A stretch of 64,000 nt of DNA from positions 1,664,001 to 1,728,000 of the forward strand of contig OY970343.1 of the NCBI GenBank assembly GCA_963717525.1, written 5' to 3'. Position 1 is the stretch's first letter, and each line of letters starts with the position of its first letter. Positions 41,615 to 52,906 of the stretch are shown piece after piece. A program made the translations under genes and the position numbers. This DNA is from an uncultured Methanoregulaceae archaeon. Lineage in GTDB: Archaea; Halobacteriota; Methanomicrobia; Methanomicrobiales; Methanospirillaceae. The notes beneath the pieces were generated by a model. The model was not told where the DNA came from, did no database searches, and was given only the letters and a program-made list of their open reading frames with translations.

Positions 41615-42268
41615 ATGCCGGTAATTGGTATTTCAGGATCTCCTGTCCCGAACAGTAATACTGATCGGGCACTACGCATTGCTCTTGACGCAACCGGAGA
41701 GGAAACAGAGTTCATCAAATTATCCGATTATTCCTACCAACCGTGCAGGGCATGTCTTGGATGTGAAGAGACAAACGTCTGCGTCCTTAAGGATGATGCT
41801 ACTGCCCTGGCACAAAAAATCCGGTATGCCGATGCCCTCATTGTCGCCGGTTATCCACCATACGGATATCTTGATGGACGGACGAAATCCTTTCTCGAAA
41901 GGTTATGGTGCCTGAGGCACAAACATGGGTTCTTGAGGGGTAAGCCCGCTGGGATTATTATTACAAGTGCTCATCCTCCGGAAAATGACGTGCTGTCCCC
42001 GTCGATGGAACATGCAATCTCTTCGGTAAAACATTTTATGAATATAGAAGGCATGGATGTTGTCGGTGCTGTCGGGGTTGTGGGAAATGTGCCCTGTCTC
42101 CTGTGCGGTCCCGGGGAACATTGCGCCCTGAGCGGGGTCAAAAAATTTTTCGGGCCGGATGTCGTACGTGCCTCAATAAAAATTCAGAAGCTTGAGGACC
42201 AGAAGGATGTGATCGCAGACTTTAGTAACCATGGGCACGGAAATTGGGAAGCGTGTCCGGAATTCTAA
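41615..42268 (+). CDS. Iron-sulfur flavoprotein / flavodoxin family
   Basis: GISGSP...SNTD, PCRACLGC....C..KDD; C-terminus possibly frameshifted. Confidence 0.85.
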   Translation: MPVIGISGSPVPNSNTDRALRIALDATGEETEFIKLSDYSYQPCRACLGCEETNVCVLKDDATALAQKIRYADALIVAGYPPYGYLDGRTKSFLERLWCLRHKHGFLRGKPAGIIITSAHPPENDVLSPSMEHAISSVKHFMNIEGMDVVGAVGVVGNVPCLLCGPGEHCALSGVKKFFGPDVVRASIKIQKLEDQKDVIADFSNHGHGNWEACPEF

Positions 42269-42300
42269 GAGGAAATAGCTGCTCATTTATCGCTACCTTT

Positions 42301-42416
42301 AGGTAAAGATCAACAAAAAGAACCCGGCCATGCCTGCACATTCCCTTATCATCGTGAAGATCGCCGATGTTTTCGAATGCCAGCCGGGCCCGAATGCCGG
42401 CAAAAAAATCCTCTGA
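42301..42416 (+). pseudogene. Diverged duplicate of the 3' end of the FMN-binding gene
   Basis: Aligns with 41478-41593, including the stop codon. Confidence 0.85.
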
Positions 42417-42584
42417 TCCTCTCCATTTTTCATAATCATACGATTGTGATGTGCCACTCCGGTTGGTGTGTCTACTACGGGATCAAAAGACTACAAAATT
42501 TTTGTAAGGGTTGCCCGGCTGGGTGGAGAGAGGCATTTGATAAGGCAGCCCTCTAAAAAAATCAGGACACCCTTGAGCACGCTT

Positions 42585-43286
42585 TCAATCTGTTTTCCGA
42601 AGGAGTTCTTCAATAAATTCGAGTTGAAAACTCTGAAATTCCATGAGTTTTTGTGCCTGATTCGTCGCAAGATAATCAATTTTCTTATGAAGCCGGTGAA
42701 TTTCGGAGTCCGTATGGATGCTCACCTCGAAATCACGTTCGGCGTGGAGACGGTCCCTCACTTCCTGGCGGTTCTGGCTCATGATAATGATGGGGGCCTG
42801 GATCGCAGCGACTACTGACAGGACGAGGTTAAGCAGGATATAGGGATAGGGATCGAATGCCCGGGAGAGTAAAATAGTGGAGTTCAAGATAACCCACAAG
42901 AAAAGCATGGCGGTAAAAACCCCGATAAACGTCCAGCTCCCGGCGAATTCGGCGAGTCTGTCGGAGACGCGTTCGCCAAAGGTCATCCTCTTTTCATATT
43001 CAATATTGTCATTTTTAGGGAGATGATTCTCCACTGTCGTGTCATCACTGACTGTCCCTTTGAACGAGGCATATTCATTTTTTTCCTTCTCCGCTACATC
43101 ACGGATATAATGTATCCTGAACCGGTTGAGATCAGACTTACAGATGTATCCTTCGGGTGACCACGCTGGATGTTCCTTTGTGACGATATCAACGATCGAT
43201 GCAGGAACCAGCTCCGCAGGCACCAGGTCGTTTTTCCTCTTATGTATCCCGCAAATCTGGCAGGAGAATGTTCCCTGATCCGCCAT
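42585..43286 (-). CDS. DUF1003 membrane protein
   Basis: FAGSWTFI, FDPYPYILLNLVLS, QAPIIIMSQNRQ. Confidence 0.9.
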   Translation of the reverse strand: MADQGTFSCQICGIHKRKNDLVPAELVPASIVDIVTKEHPAWSPEGYICKSDLNRFRIHYIRDVAEKEKNEYASFKGTVSDDTTVENHLPKNDNIEYEKRMTFGERVSDRLAEFAGSWTFIGVFTAMLFLWVILNSTILLSRAFDPYPYILLNLVLSVVAAIQAPIIIMSQNRQEVRDRLHAERDFEVSIHTDSEIHRLHKKIDYLATNQAQKLMEFQSFQLEFIEELLRKTD

Positions 43287-43434
43287 CTCTTTTCCTCTCA
43301 CAACCACCAATGGGTCTTTACATTCTAATTAATTATCGGGACGGGGATAACTCCGGTATACCATTAATTTGTGAAAATTCGCATTTGTCCTGATTTATTT
43401 CCCAATGTTACATCAAACTATCAGAAACATCAAA

Positions 43435-43513
43435 GATGCTGTTGCATCTACGGTTGATGGCAGATCTTTCACTTCGCGATAATTTGAGTATCAGCCACAG
43501 ACGCACCAGAACC
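43435..43513 (+). repeat. Hairpin element family A (79 bp)
   Basis: GATGCTGTTGCATCTACGGTTGAT...ATCAGCCACAGACGCACCAGAACC; ~31-bp imperfect arms. Confidence 0.85.
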
Positions 43514-43592
43514 CAATAATGGAAAATTAACAATCATTTTTAGCGACTGTTTTATGAGAAGAAAGATACTATGACTCTTCGTGGCGAATGAA

Positions 43593-44279
43593 ATGGACTA
43601 TGGAACCATGATCGGGAATTCTTTTACCTATGTAAAAGAGGGTATAATCGACAAAGTGAACACGTGGCTGCTCTTGATTATCGCCACACTTATTCTGGCA
43701 ATACCCCTGATGGGGTATATCATGAGCGTATACCGGGGTACCAAACCTGCACCCGAAGTGGATGGCTGGAGCACGTTATTTGTTGATGGAATTCTCCTGT
43801 TGATTGTCGGATTTATCTATGCGATCCCCATTCTTATATTAGAATTCCTTGTGATTGGTGCAACGTTTGTAACCCAAATGGGGAGTAACCCAACCGCAGC
43901 AATGACAGGTCTTGCCGGTGCCGGGATCCTTGCAGTTATCCTGATCATAGTCGCAATCATCATTGCCATTGTCGCGCCCATCGGAATTATCCGCTTTGCA
44001 CGAACCGGGAGCTTCGGCGAGGCTTTTAATTTTGGTGAAATTTTTGCCACCATAAAAAAGATCGGATGGCTCTCGTATATCCTTGCACTCATTATCGTTG
44101 CCATCGTAGTCGGTATCCCGGTTCTCATTCTCTGGGCCATCCTTATGGCACTGATCATTGCCCTGCCAATTGTCGGACTGGTTATTGCAGTAATTATCTT
44201 CCTCATAGTCCTCCCGATCATCGAGGTCTTCGAGGCACGGTTTCTTACTCAGGTGTACCAGACTGCCGGAACCACATAA
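43593..44279 (+). CDS. DUF4013 membrane protein
   Basis: GY...YRG..PAPE..W..LFVDG, RFARTGSFGEAFNF. Confidence 0.9.
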   Translation: MDYGTMIGNSFTYVKEGIIDKVNTWLLLIIATLILAIPLMGYIMSVYRGTKPAPEVDGWSTLFVDGILLLIVGFIYAIPILILEFLVIGATFVTQMGSNPTAAMTGLAGAGILAVILIIVAIIIAIVAPIGIIRFARTGSFGEAFNFGEIFATIKKIGWLSYILALIIVAIVVGIPVLILWAILMALIIALPIVGLVIAVIIFLIVLPIIEVFEARFLTQVYQTAGTT

Positions 44280-44304
44280 TCCCTTTTTAGATTATTCAAA
44301 GACA

Positions 44305-44396
44305 GGTGCTGTTGCGTTGTCGGGATCTTTAGATAGTCAATTTTGCTGGATCACGACGAAATCATTTTCATAAAGTCCCGTTAAAGCAACAGAACC
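44305..44396 (+). repeat. Hairpin element family A (92 bp variant)
   Basis: GGTGCTGTTGC..CGGGA...TCCCG..GCAACAGAACC. Confidence 0.8.
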
Positions 44397-44449
44397 GGAT
44401 TGGGATACCGTGACTCCCGCCGCCCAAGGGGTCACGCGTGCGCACACGT

Positions 44450-44800
44450 TCATCCCGGGTTGCCGGCCATCACCTGTTTGATCATCTCCATCGCTTCCTG
44501 GATGGTCTCCCGTGCATCCTCCCGCTCGATCCGGTAGAGTTTCTGCAGGGGACCAAGAGCCCGGGGATCCCCGAGCATGCCCAATGCGTAGGCGGCTTTC
44601 AGCCGCACCCGTGCATCGTCATCCCACAGGGTGTCGATCAACGGCTCCACGGCCCGGGGATCTCCCAGTCGTCCCAGCGATTCCGCCGCCTGCCACCGCG
44701 TCCCTTCATTGTCATCGGAGAGCCTTTCAATTAACCCTTCAAGAGTATTGGCCGTTCTCTATCACCTTCACCAAGCAGTCGGTTGTTCCTGTCTGGGGCA
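44450..44800 (-). CDS. HEAT-repeat (PBS lyase-like) protein, 5' end frameshifted
   Basis: RWQAAESLGRLGDPRAVEPL / VRLKAAYALGMLGDPRA. Confidence 0.75.
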
Positions 44801-44913
44801 TGGCAGGAATCCTCTACGATCCCGTATGCACCAGGGGGTGCTTTATTTTTCCCGTTCAGGGGGATAGGGTGGTGATCCGGGTATACCGGCGATCCCTCTT
44901 TTACGCTATTGAA

Positions 44914-46325
44914 TTATCCACCCGACTGCCGGTACGTCCCTTTGGGTACGGTCAGTGCAAACCGGGCGCCATTTCCGGGCTCGCTTGTTTCATTCAGGGA
45001 AATTTTTGTTATGGAGAGGATCTCGCGGGAGAGGAACAGGCCAAGACCGGTATTTTTCCCGAACCCCCGCTCGAACAGGTGTTTTTTATCCTCCACGCCG
45101 ATCCCGGCCCCGTCGTCCTCGCAGGTAAGGACAAGCCCATTATTTGTTTCTGACGCGAAAAACCGGATTTTTGTCATCGCGCTGCCCCCGTATCGCAGGG
45201 CATTGTCAATCAGGTTGTAGAAGACCTTCTGGACAAGCGGGTCGGCGAATAGTTCAGTCCCGGAAGGAATATCGTTTACCACCACGGCTTTCCCGGCGGA
45301 GACCTGCGCTGTTGCGGTATCCACGAGCGAATAGCAGTCCTGCCAGGCCGGTGCCCTGACGCCGATCTCTTCGTACTCCCTGGTAAACTGGATGATTGCC
45401 ATTATGCGCTGCAAGGCGGCTTTGATCTTCAGGGAATACTCGTCGCGTGCGGGCCCGGGGGGTTCCTGTTCCTGGAAGACCTGGTACACCTGGAGCGCCG
45501 ACAGCAAGTTGATGATATCGTGCCTTGTTATCCCCGAGAGAAGGTTAAGTTTTTTGTTCGCCTGGCTGACTGCCTCCTCGGCACGTTTCCGTTCGGTAAT
45601 ATCGTGGACCACCACGCAGGCAAGCGGCGGTGCTCCCTCGCGGGGGATGATGCGGGACGTAAGGTCGGCATACCTGAGGGACCCGTCCCGGTGCCGGAGC
45701 TGCACTTCCCCGGACCAGCCATCCGGGGCAAAGAGGTTCCCGCCCCCCGCCCCCCCGGTATCCCGTCCCAGGATATAAAGTCGCCGGGATTCATACCGGT
45801 CAGTTCGTTGCCGGTGTACCCGAACACGCGGGCCGATGCCGGGTTTGCTTCGAGGATCGTCTTTGTATCACCTGAGACAAGAAGGATCCCCTCTGCAGCA
45901 TTGTCGACTATCGCCTGGTAGCGCTGCATGGTCTCCCGGAGCTGTCGGTCGACGGCGTGCCGGTGGAGGGCAAGATCCACGGTAAAGACCAGCTCCCGTT
46001 CGTTGAATGGCTTGACAAGGTAATGGTACGGCGAGGTCTCTTTTGCCCGGGCGAGCCGGTTAGTATCGGAATATGCAGTCAGGTATATGATGGGGATGTC
46101 GGCGTGCTCATGAATCTGCCGGGCGGTTTCGATCCCGTCGATCTTTCCCATCAGCCCGATATCCATGCAGATAAGGTCCGGCGGGTCTTTTGTTGCCATC
46201 GCCACGGCTTCCTCGCCGAATGCCGTTGTGCCGGCGATCCGGTACCCGTTCTTTTCGAGCAGTTCCGCTATCTGGAGCGCGATAATCCCGTTATCCTCCA
46301 CGACAAGGATCGATTCGCCGGCCAT
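44914..46325 (-). CDS. Hybrid receiver-PAS-histidine kinase, frameshifted near 45750
   Basis: ILVVEDN/MDI receiver, PAS, TRHDI H-box, NLIDNA, DDGAG, GLGL. Confidence 0.85.
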
Positions 46326-46471
46326 ACATCAGTTCCTTTGGATCCGGGACAGGTGTTTGTCCGGGCCGGGATTCCTGCCAATGCTTTCGGGAACAGCGAC
46401 ACCACTGCCTCTTCTCCCCGGCACGCGAAGAGAGGGACCAAAACTCACGTCCGTGTCTTTTGCCATCGTCC

Positions 46472-46753
46472 TCAACGGTTCTTTTCGGGGATAAACTGGA
46501 TCCCCTCGTACACAGGCCCGAAAAAATCCTCGTTGCCAACACCGATGTTCAGTTTTCCCATCAGGATGTCGTTAAACTGGTCCTCCAGTATGGAGCGGGG
46601 GAAAGCATTTGTCTGTTTCAGGCAGAAACGGACCCATTCCGACCAGAGCAGCATGCGCTGGACGCTCATGATCCGGTTGCGCCGGACATGCAGGGATAAG
46701 AATTCGCGAAACAGTGCGGTTTCATCCGGTTCTTCTCCGGCCGTTTCTGGCAT
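46472..46753 (-). CDS. Hypothetical protein
   Basis: LLWSEWVRF..., YEGIQF. Confidence 0.55.
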   Translation of the reverse strand: MPETAGEEPDETALFREFLSLHVRRNRIMSVQRMLLWSEWVRFCLKQTNAFPRSILEDQFNDILMGKLNIGVGNEDFFGPVYEGIQFIPEKNR

Positions 46754-47342
46754 TCCGTAGCGTGCGCCGGAGGGATTCCGGCCGGGGTTTCGATCGAGGA
46801 GATAATGGTAATCACCTGCAGAGGATTCAGACTCCCTTTTAATAGATTTTTGTCTGAGTATCAGATTTTATCACATATTTTGAAAATGAACGAAATCTAT
46901 AACTGTCCCTTTATCGTTCCAACGGGACTAAAGCGCTGTAAAGGTACAGGAAACACCGGGGGGCAATCGGGCAGTAAACGCCGGAGAGAACCGGTGAGAT
47001 AGAGCGGTGCACGATATGCGAAAAATCTCGTCAGGGTAAAAAAACCGGCGGCGGGGAAATCACCTGCCACATGAGCCTATGCACTTGGGAGAACCGGGGA
47101 AAAGCACCGGCGGGTAGATGGACGAAAAAAGTACCGATCGTTCTCAAGGGCGGCAGTGCAGCAGGTGGTGGGGGTGATTACCGGGATGGGAGGATAAATT
47201 TTTTTAAAGCACCTCAAAGTAAAATCTTCTAAAATGTGTCTTTTTTTCGTTAACGTCTGAAAAGTGCGCATAAAAAAAAGATTTTAATGTATTTTTCTGG
47301 TTCAGGCATGGCCCATTGTTGTCAGGAGTGGTAAAATGAGGA

Positions 47343-47579
47343 TTACCACCTGACCTGGGCACCTGCACGTTGATACCGGGGAACCCAGAACGCTACGAAT
47401 AGGACCATGTACACAATCTCAAAGAGGGTTACGACAAGAACCGTGCTGAATGGTATGTTGTAGGTATAATAAAATACACCAAAGTTCATGACGATCAAGA
47501 GTGTCACTGCGTATATGACTAATCTTTTCACAAAGGTAATTGGTAAGATTCTGCCAATTGCATCTTTTTGTTCATCCAT
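47343..47579 (-). CDS. Small two-TM membrane protein
   Basis: GGAGG RBS; two hydrophobic helices. Confidence 0.6.
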   Translation of the reverse strand: MDEQKDAIGRILPITFVKRLVIYAVTLLIVMNFGVFYYTYNIPFSTVLVVTLFEIVYMVLFVAFWVPRYQRAGAQVRW

Positions 47580-47783
47580 CGTACATCCTCCGGTTGTTGT
47601 ACATCCCGTAAAATCCTGATCCGTGACAGTCTGCGATTATAATTACCATCCATCCAAATCTCATTTTTTTGTACCCGTGGGACCGGTTTTGTCATACCCG
47701 AGTGGGCAGTTGGTGACCCGGGATAATTCTCTCTGCATCATGAGACACTTTGCAAAAGACCCTCCCAAGGAAGGAGTGTATTG

Positions 47784-48040
47784 ATCGCAGTGGTTGTGCT
47801 CGCAGAACTCCTCAAGCATATACCCACATGAAACGAATGAGGGGTTAAAGCTGATGCCTGAGGTACAACTGAGCTCTGCCCCATTCCCGGGAGTCTCTTA
47901 TGGCCGACAGGCAGATTATACCGGAACCTGTTTCAGGGTTTCCTGGTGGGGAGAGCAGGTTCCCGCCACGCAAAGCCCGGCCAGCGAAGGAGATATCCGA
48001 AGGTCCGGGTTCCCGGTTGCAGCCAACGTGCATCAATAAC
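47784..48040 (-). ncRNA. Putative structured ncRNA, copy A
   Basis: Three collinear motif blocks shared with 52907-53155; strand inferred. Confidence 0.5.
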
Positions 48041-48125
48041 CCGGCCGGCATATCTGTCCGTGCATACCCTCCTGTGAACCGCGGACGAAAAAGAGGGGCC
48101 GGATGGAGGATGAGTGGAGGACTGG

Positions 48126-48365
48126 TTATTTCAGGACAGGTGCGGACGGGGTTTTCACACCGGCCCCTGCTTTTGGATGGTCCTTCCGGTACTCGTCCTT
48201 GTGCGACCCACGTATTAACGCTTTCACGTGTTTTGCAAAGTGGGAGATCACTTTCGGTACCACCGTGGACGGGTGCGCACTCGTGCCAGATCCGGATTTT
48301 TGGGGGGCGGTTTCCTGCATTTTTGTATCGGTCATTGTTGTATCGTGTGTTGTTGTATTCTTCAT
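48126..48365 (-). CDS. Small basic hypothetical protein
   Basis: AGGAG upstream of ATG. Confidence 0.45.
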   Translation of the reverse strand: MKNTTTHDTTMTDTKMQETAPQKSGSGTSAHPSTVVPKVISHFAKHVKALIRGSHKDEYRKDHPKAGAGVKTPSAPVLK

Positions 48366-48678
48366 ATATGTTCAACTCCTTTTCATAATTCAAAAGCTGA
48401 TATGATGATTTTCATGAGGTTTTTTTAGGAAAATCGTCCTGATAACCCGTTCGAGTGTTATTTCATACCAAACCGGGTGAATACATGGCGTGTGAGTATA
48501 GAGACTTGCCTGTTGTTTATAGGATCTGCTTTTCATGTTCTTTTTTTTAAGATACACTGTTGACAGTGTGTTATTTTTGATTAGAAATTTGAGAATTCTT
48601 TACGTTTCTATTATCTTATTTGTTATGTTGGGGAATATTTTTCTGATCCGGTCGGCCCGGAGATCCGGATTTTCCGGT

Positions 48679-50100
48679 TTATCGGGTCCATTTTCTTATC
48701 GCAAGTATTGCTGCTATTGCACCGACGCCGGATATTATTCCAAATCCCGGGGTATTCGTGGGTACTTGATTTGCTGTTGCATTTGTTGAATTTCTTTGGG
48801 TGACTGGGACAGACAGGGACCCGGATGTACTCGGCGATATTGTTTCACTTGCAGTAATTATATCCGATACCATAGTTGTCGTGACCGGCACAACGGTACT
48901 ATTCATCATAGGAGTTGTTGTTGCAGGATTAGGCGTACTTGTAGCAAGCGGAATCTGGGCTGCAACGGGAACCTCCGAGAACAATGGGTTGGGTAATTCA
49001 CCGCGCCATACGTCATTAAAATGATTGGCAATATTCGAACCCCCCATCAATACAATACTTCCATCCGGCATCGCTAAACTACTCTGGCCGTATCGTGGCG
49101 ACCACGCAGCATTTGCAGTTATTTCAGTCCACGTTTTGCCACCATCTGTAGAACGCCATACATCATTTAGGAGAACGGTACTATTGTAGGGGGGAATATA
49201 ACTCAGGCCGCCTATAATCACGATACTGCCATCGGGCATTACAACCATGCTCTGACCGTATCTACCTGGCCACCCGGCATCAGGTGTGACCAGCTTCCAC
49301 GTTGCCCCCTCATCTGTCGAACTCCACACGTCATTAAGACCGATACCACTGTTGCCCAATCCCCCCATGAGCAGGATACTCCCATCTGGCATCAGTCCGA
49401 CACTGGGGTACGATCGTGGCGACCATTCTGCATTTGACGTAACCTGAATCCATCGAATACCATTGTCTACTGAACGCCAAACGTCGTTGTAATTAGTATC
49501 AGGGTTACTGCTGAGGACATTGATATTGGTTCCACCTATAAGCAGGATACTCCCATCGGGCATGACAAGAGAACTGAAATCTCCTCGTGGCGACCATTCT
49601 GCGTTTGCGGTCATCTGCGTCCATGAAGCTCCATAATCTTGTGACCACCAAACGTCATTGAGGAAGTTGCTACCGGTCCAGCCTCCCATAAGCACGATAC
49701 TTCCATCCGGTAACGCTACACTGTCAAATCGATTTCTCGCTGACCATGGAGCATTCTCAGTTATCTCAGACCATGTGGCACCGGCATCAGTCGAACGCCA
49801 CACATCATTGGAACCACCGCCCATAATCACGATACTACCATCGGACATCACCAGACTGCTAAAAAATGCTCGTGGCGACCACGGGGCGTTAGCGTTTATC
49901 TCCGTCCAGGGACCCGTCGGAGTTGGGGTTGGTGTCGGGGTAGCAAGTGCTATTGGATACGATCTGTACCCAAGTGTCGTGGTTGGCGTAACTGTAGGAA
50001 CAGGGGTAATTACTGATATTGGATTATACTGATAATTTATTGCCGCGACAGGTAACACGAGTACGAGGCACACAAAGAGAAGCAGGAATTTCTCTCTCAT
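48679..50100 (-). CDS. Secreted Kelch/BNR-like beta-propeller protein with PGF-CTERM
   Basis: ~6 repeats of WSPR..S...MPDGSIV.MGG..NDVWRS.D.G.TW; Thr-rich linker; TPGF-TM-RK. Confidence 0.9.
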   Translation of the reverse strand: MREKFLLLFVCLVLVLPVAAINYQYNPISVITPVPTVTPTTTLGYRSYPIALATPTPTPTPTGPWTEINANAPWSPRAFFSSLVMSDGSIVIMGGGSNDVWRSTDAGATWSEITENAPWSARNRFDSVALPDGSIVLMGGWTGSNFLNDVWWSQDYGASWTQMTANAEWSPRGDFSSLVMPDGSILLIGGTNINVLSSNPDTNYNDVWRSVDNGIRWIQVTSNAEWSPRSYPSVGLMPDGSILLMGGLGNSGIGLNDVWSSTDEGATWKLVTPDAGWPGRYGQSMVVMPDGSIVIIGGLSYIPPYNSTVLLNDVWRSTDGGKTWTEITANAAWSPRYGQSSLAMPDGSIVLMGGSNIANHFNDVWRGELPNPLFSEVPVAAQIPLATSTPNPATTTPMMNSTVVPVTTTMVSDIITASETISPSTSGSLSVPVTQRNSTNATANQVPTNTPGFGIISGVGAIAAILAIRKWTR

Positions 50101-50229
50101 AAGACCCTAATTCCCCCTCTCCAAGTTTAATAGTTTGGATAGTTCATAGCTTTTATCAGGTTCACCTTGGCAACGCTATTCATTTAATAGGAATAAAAAA
50201 GAAAAACAAAAAAATGGAGTTGGAGGATT

Positions 50230-50901
50230 ATGGAGATAGTACCGGGAATTCACCAGGTCGATGGTGTAAAGGGTAATTGTTTTATTATTGTTCGGGACGA
50301 TCTGACACTTATCGATACGGGAATGCCCAAAAACAGCGCAAAAATAGTACAATATATTCAGGATGTTCTTAAACGCAAACCTTCAGACATCAAAACGATC
50401 GTCCTGACACACTTTCATGTTGATCACGTGGGTGACGCTTTCGATCTCAAAAAACTGAGCGGTGCGAAGGTGGCCATTCATGAAGCGGATGCGGACTACG
50501 TTTCCGGTAGAAAAACCCCGCCTGTGCCGAAAGGTGTTATGGGAATGATCTTTAAAGTCCTCATGCCCTTGTTTTTCAGATCAAAGCCTGTTGAACCGGA
50601 TATAAAGCTCAACGACGGTGACACCATCGCTGGTCTTGCCACCATTCATACACCCGGACATACACCGGGAAGTATTTGTCTTTTTGATCCGGCATCAAAA
50701 ATTCTGTTTGCAGGGGATCTCTTGAGGTATGACGGCATTAACATCAAAACGGGACCATTAGCATTAGACACACATGAGGTACAGCAATCAATCAATAAAA
50801 TCGCCGCACTTGATTTCGCTATCATGCTGCCGGGACATGGAATACCTCTCAGACCCGATGCATCGGTAAAGGTCCGGGAGTTCGCAACGTCATTACCCTG
50901 A
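50230..50901 (+). CDS. Metallo-beta-lactamase fold hydrolase
   Basis: THFHVDHVG, TPGHTPGS, AGD, PGHG. Confidence 0.9.
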   Translation: MEIVPGIHQVDGVKGNCFIIVRDDLTLIDTGMPKNSAKIVQYIQDVLKRKPSDIKTIVLTHFHVDHVGDAFDLKKLSGAKVAIHEADADYVSGRKTPPVPKGVMGMIFKVLMPLFFRSKPVEPDIKLNDGDTIAGLATIHTPGHTPGSICLFDPASKILFAGDLLRYDGINIKTGPLALDTHEVQQSINKIAALDFAIMLPGHGIPLRPDASVKVREFATSLP

Positions 50902-51869
50902 GTTCGAAAAGAGGTAACCGGGAAATTTCATTACATTTTATTTTTTCATTTTTAACCGTTGGTTATGAGTTATTTATAAAAAAAGTGGGGGGTGAGACAG
51001 GAAGCGATTATTACCCCCTGCGCCTGGATGTGCCCTGACTGCGGACACAGGGTAAGGGATTGACAAAAACAGTAAAATCGTACAAAGTGCAGACATACGA
51101 AATGAGATAATGAAAAAGTTTGGGTGACCACTATGGCAAACGACTTTTATAATACAAAATTTACCGGGCGCAGAATCAACATAGATTTTATGAGATGCTT
51201 TGGTTCTACGCCGATGTTTGAACATACAGGAGGATTACAAAGAAACTGGCGTAGCTGCTGGAATATTCATTTTCCGTTATCTGGAAGAACTCATGCGTTT
51301 GTTGCCGGAAAATGGTTTCTGATGTATATTATCGAAAGTTATCAGTAACATTCTTTTTTCTTATAAAATTATTATTGGTTTTGGTTCCGCAAATCCCGGC
51401 ATTGTTCCAACGGTCATGGGGCCATGCACCGCGCACACATCAAGACCGCAAAGGAAGGCAAGCAAGCTTAGAGCGCGATCCCGTGTCAGGTACTGCCCGG
51501 AATGTAAGATGATGCTGCCGGATGAGGATGTACCAGGAATATGAACAGATGCAAAGGTCCTAGAAAAGAAACCCCACATTGGCCTTTGCCATGCCTTTCT
51601 GTTGGCAGATAATGAGCTGGACGCAGGAAACATCGTTGAAAGTGGAAAAAGGTTAATTGTGGACGGTCACAAAACCGGGGTAAGTTTTTTGCCAATTGTC
51701 ATTCATGACGGAATCATAAACGTGATACCCGGCAGGATATCCGTATCCTGTGAGGACAACCTGATCCGCATTCATTATAACGGTCCCATAAGGGGATGAA
51801 GTACCAATGACATGGAAACTTACCCAATCACCCGGCTCTAACGCGCTATATGCCTGCCATGGTACGAAA

Positions 51870-52178
51870 TCAGTACCTCCCGGTCTGGTAGGTGTTGATC
51901 TGAGAACTCCCGCTGCCTGTGGTCATAGATTGAATCTCCTGTGGACCTGTCCAAAAATCCTGGAATCCTGCCGGCGCCGGGGCAGGTATCGCGGTTGGTT
52001 GGGCGATCACTGTTGCCACAGGTGCGGATGCCGCAGTTTGTGCTGTTGCGGCATCTGCCCAGCCTTTGTCATACAGCGTTATCCCTGCGATGATTATTAT
52101 GGCAATAACTACGATGATCGCTAAAGGAACACGGATCTCGCTCCATATCTTATCCGTATCAATAACGACTTGACTCAT
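51870..52178 (-). CDS. Single-TM hypothetical protein
   Basis: TM followed by Ala/Pro/Thr-rich tail. Confidence 0.55.
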   Translation of the reverse strand: MSQVVIDTDKIWSEIRVPLAIIVVIAIIIIAGITLYDKGWADAATAQTAASAPVATVIAQPTAIPAPAPAGFQDFWTGPQEIQSMTTGSGSSQINTYQTGRY

Positions 52179-52284
52179 CTTCTCATTCCTCCATGTTTAC
52201 CATTGACTTTCTAAGTACACATAGTTTAAAAGGTTTACCAAGTTAAATAAAGGATATAGGGAACAAACGGTAAACAATCCTGAA

Positions 52285-52431
52285 ATGGTGACGGAACCTC
52301 CAAAAATGGTTAAGATATCGCAGCGAAATTATGAACGCCTGCAAAAGTTCGGATGTGCCGGTGAATCATTGAATACAGCTTTGGATCGTGCACTTGATCT
52401 CGCTGAAAAGAAAAACGGAAACTCCCGATAA
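52285..52431 (+). CDS. 48-aa ribbon-helix-helix-like protein (below ORF cutoff)
   Basis: MVKISQRNYERLQKFGCAGESLNTALDRALDLAE. Confidence 0.6.
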   Translation: MVTEPPKMVKISQRNYERLQKFGCAGESLNTALDRALDLAEKKNGNSR

Positions 52432-52636
52432 CAATTTTAACAATATGACCTTGGATCGAAGGCATGGAGCGCGATCCATTGGCAATTTTGTGACAAGTGC
52501 GGGAAATGATGTTAGAATACATCAGATCCCGAAGACATTACAGAACTGCATACGGCATACTAGGGAAGGCATATATTGTCACCCTGACAAGAGACCACGA
52601 CAAGTCTGATGAATACACCATATAAGGAGATCGAAT

Positions 52637-52855
52637 ATGAGCGCATACCATTTTTGTACAGGTTGTGAATACATCAAAACCAGGACGGTCCCGGGACCTG
52701 ATAAATCGACGGCAAGCCAATGGTCATGCCCGGCCCGGTTCAACCCGAGGGAAGGGAAATGGCCTTCAATAGATGGGGTGAACCCGCACGAATGCCCGCG
52801 GAACGAGCAGTTTATGACTCTTCAGAAACAGAGTGGCGACCGCAAACTCCGGTGA
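52637..52855 (+). CDS. Small Cys-rich protein
   Basis: AGGAG RBS; CTGC, CPARFNP, CPR. Confidence 0.6.
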   Translation: MSAYHFCTGCEYIKTRTVPGPDKSTASQWSCPARFNPREGKWPSIDGVNPHECPRNEQFMTLQKQSGDRKLR

Positions 52856-52906
52856 AACCCCTGTCTTTCCTGATACCGGGGCTGTATTTTCATCTTCTTA
52901 ATCTCC

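Noticed and set aside
47851..47860. CTGATG as a hammerhead ribozyme core
   Set aside because: Core reads CTGATGC rather than CTGANGA in both copies, and no suitably placed GAAA was found.
47845..48405. Long ORFs 47845-48393, 47900-48388 and 52898-53191
   Set aside because: Protein-unlike composition; they overlap the non-coding motif, which is conserved with frame-breaking indels.
48990..49900. Regular ~150-bp DNA repeats (CGTGGCGACCA)
   Set aside because: Explained by beta-propeller protein repeats.
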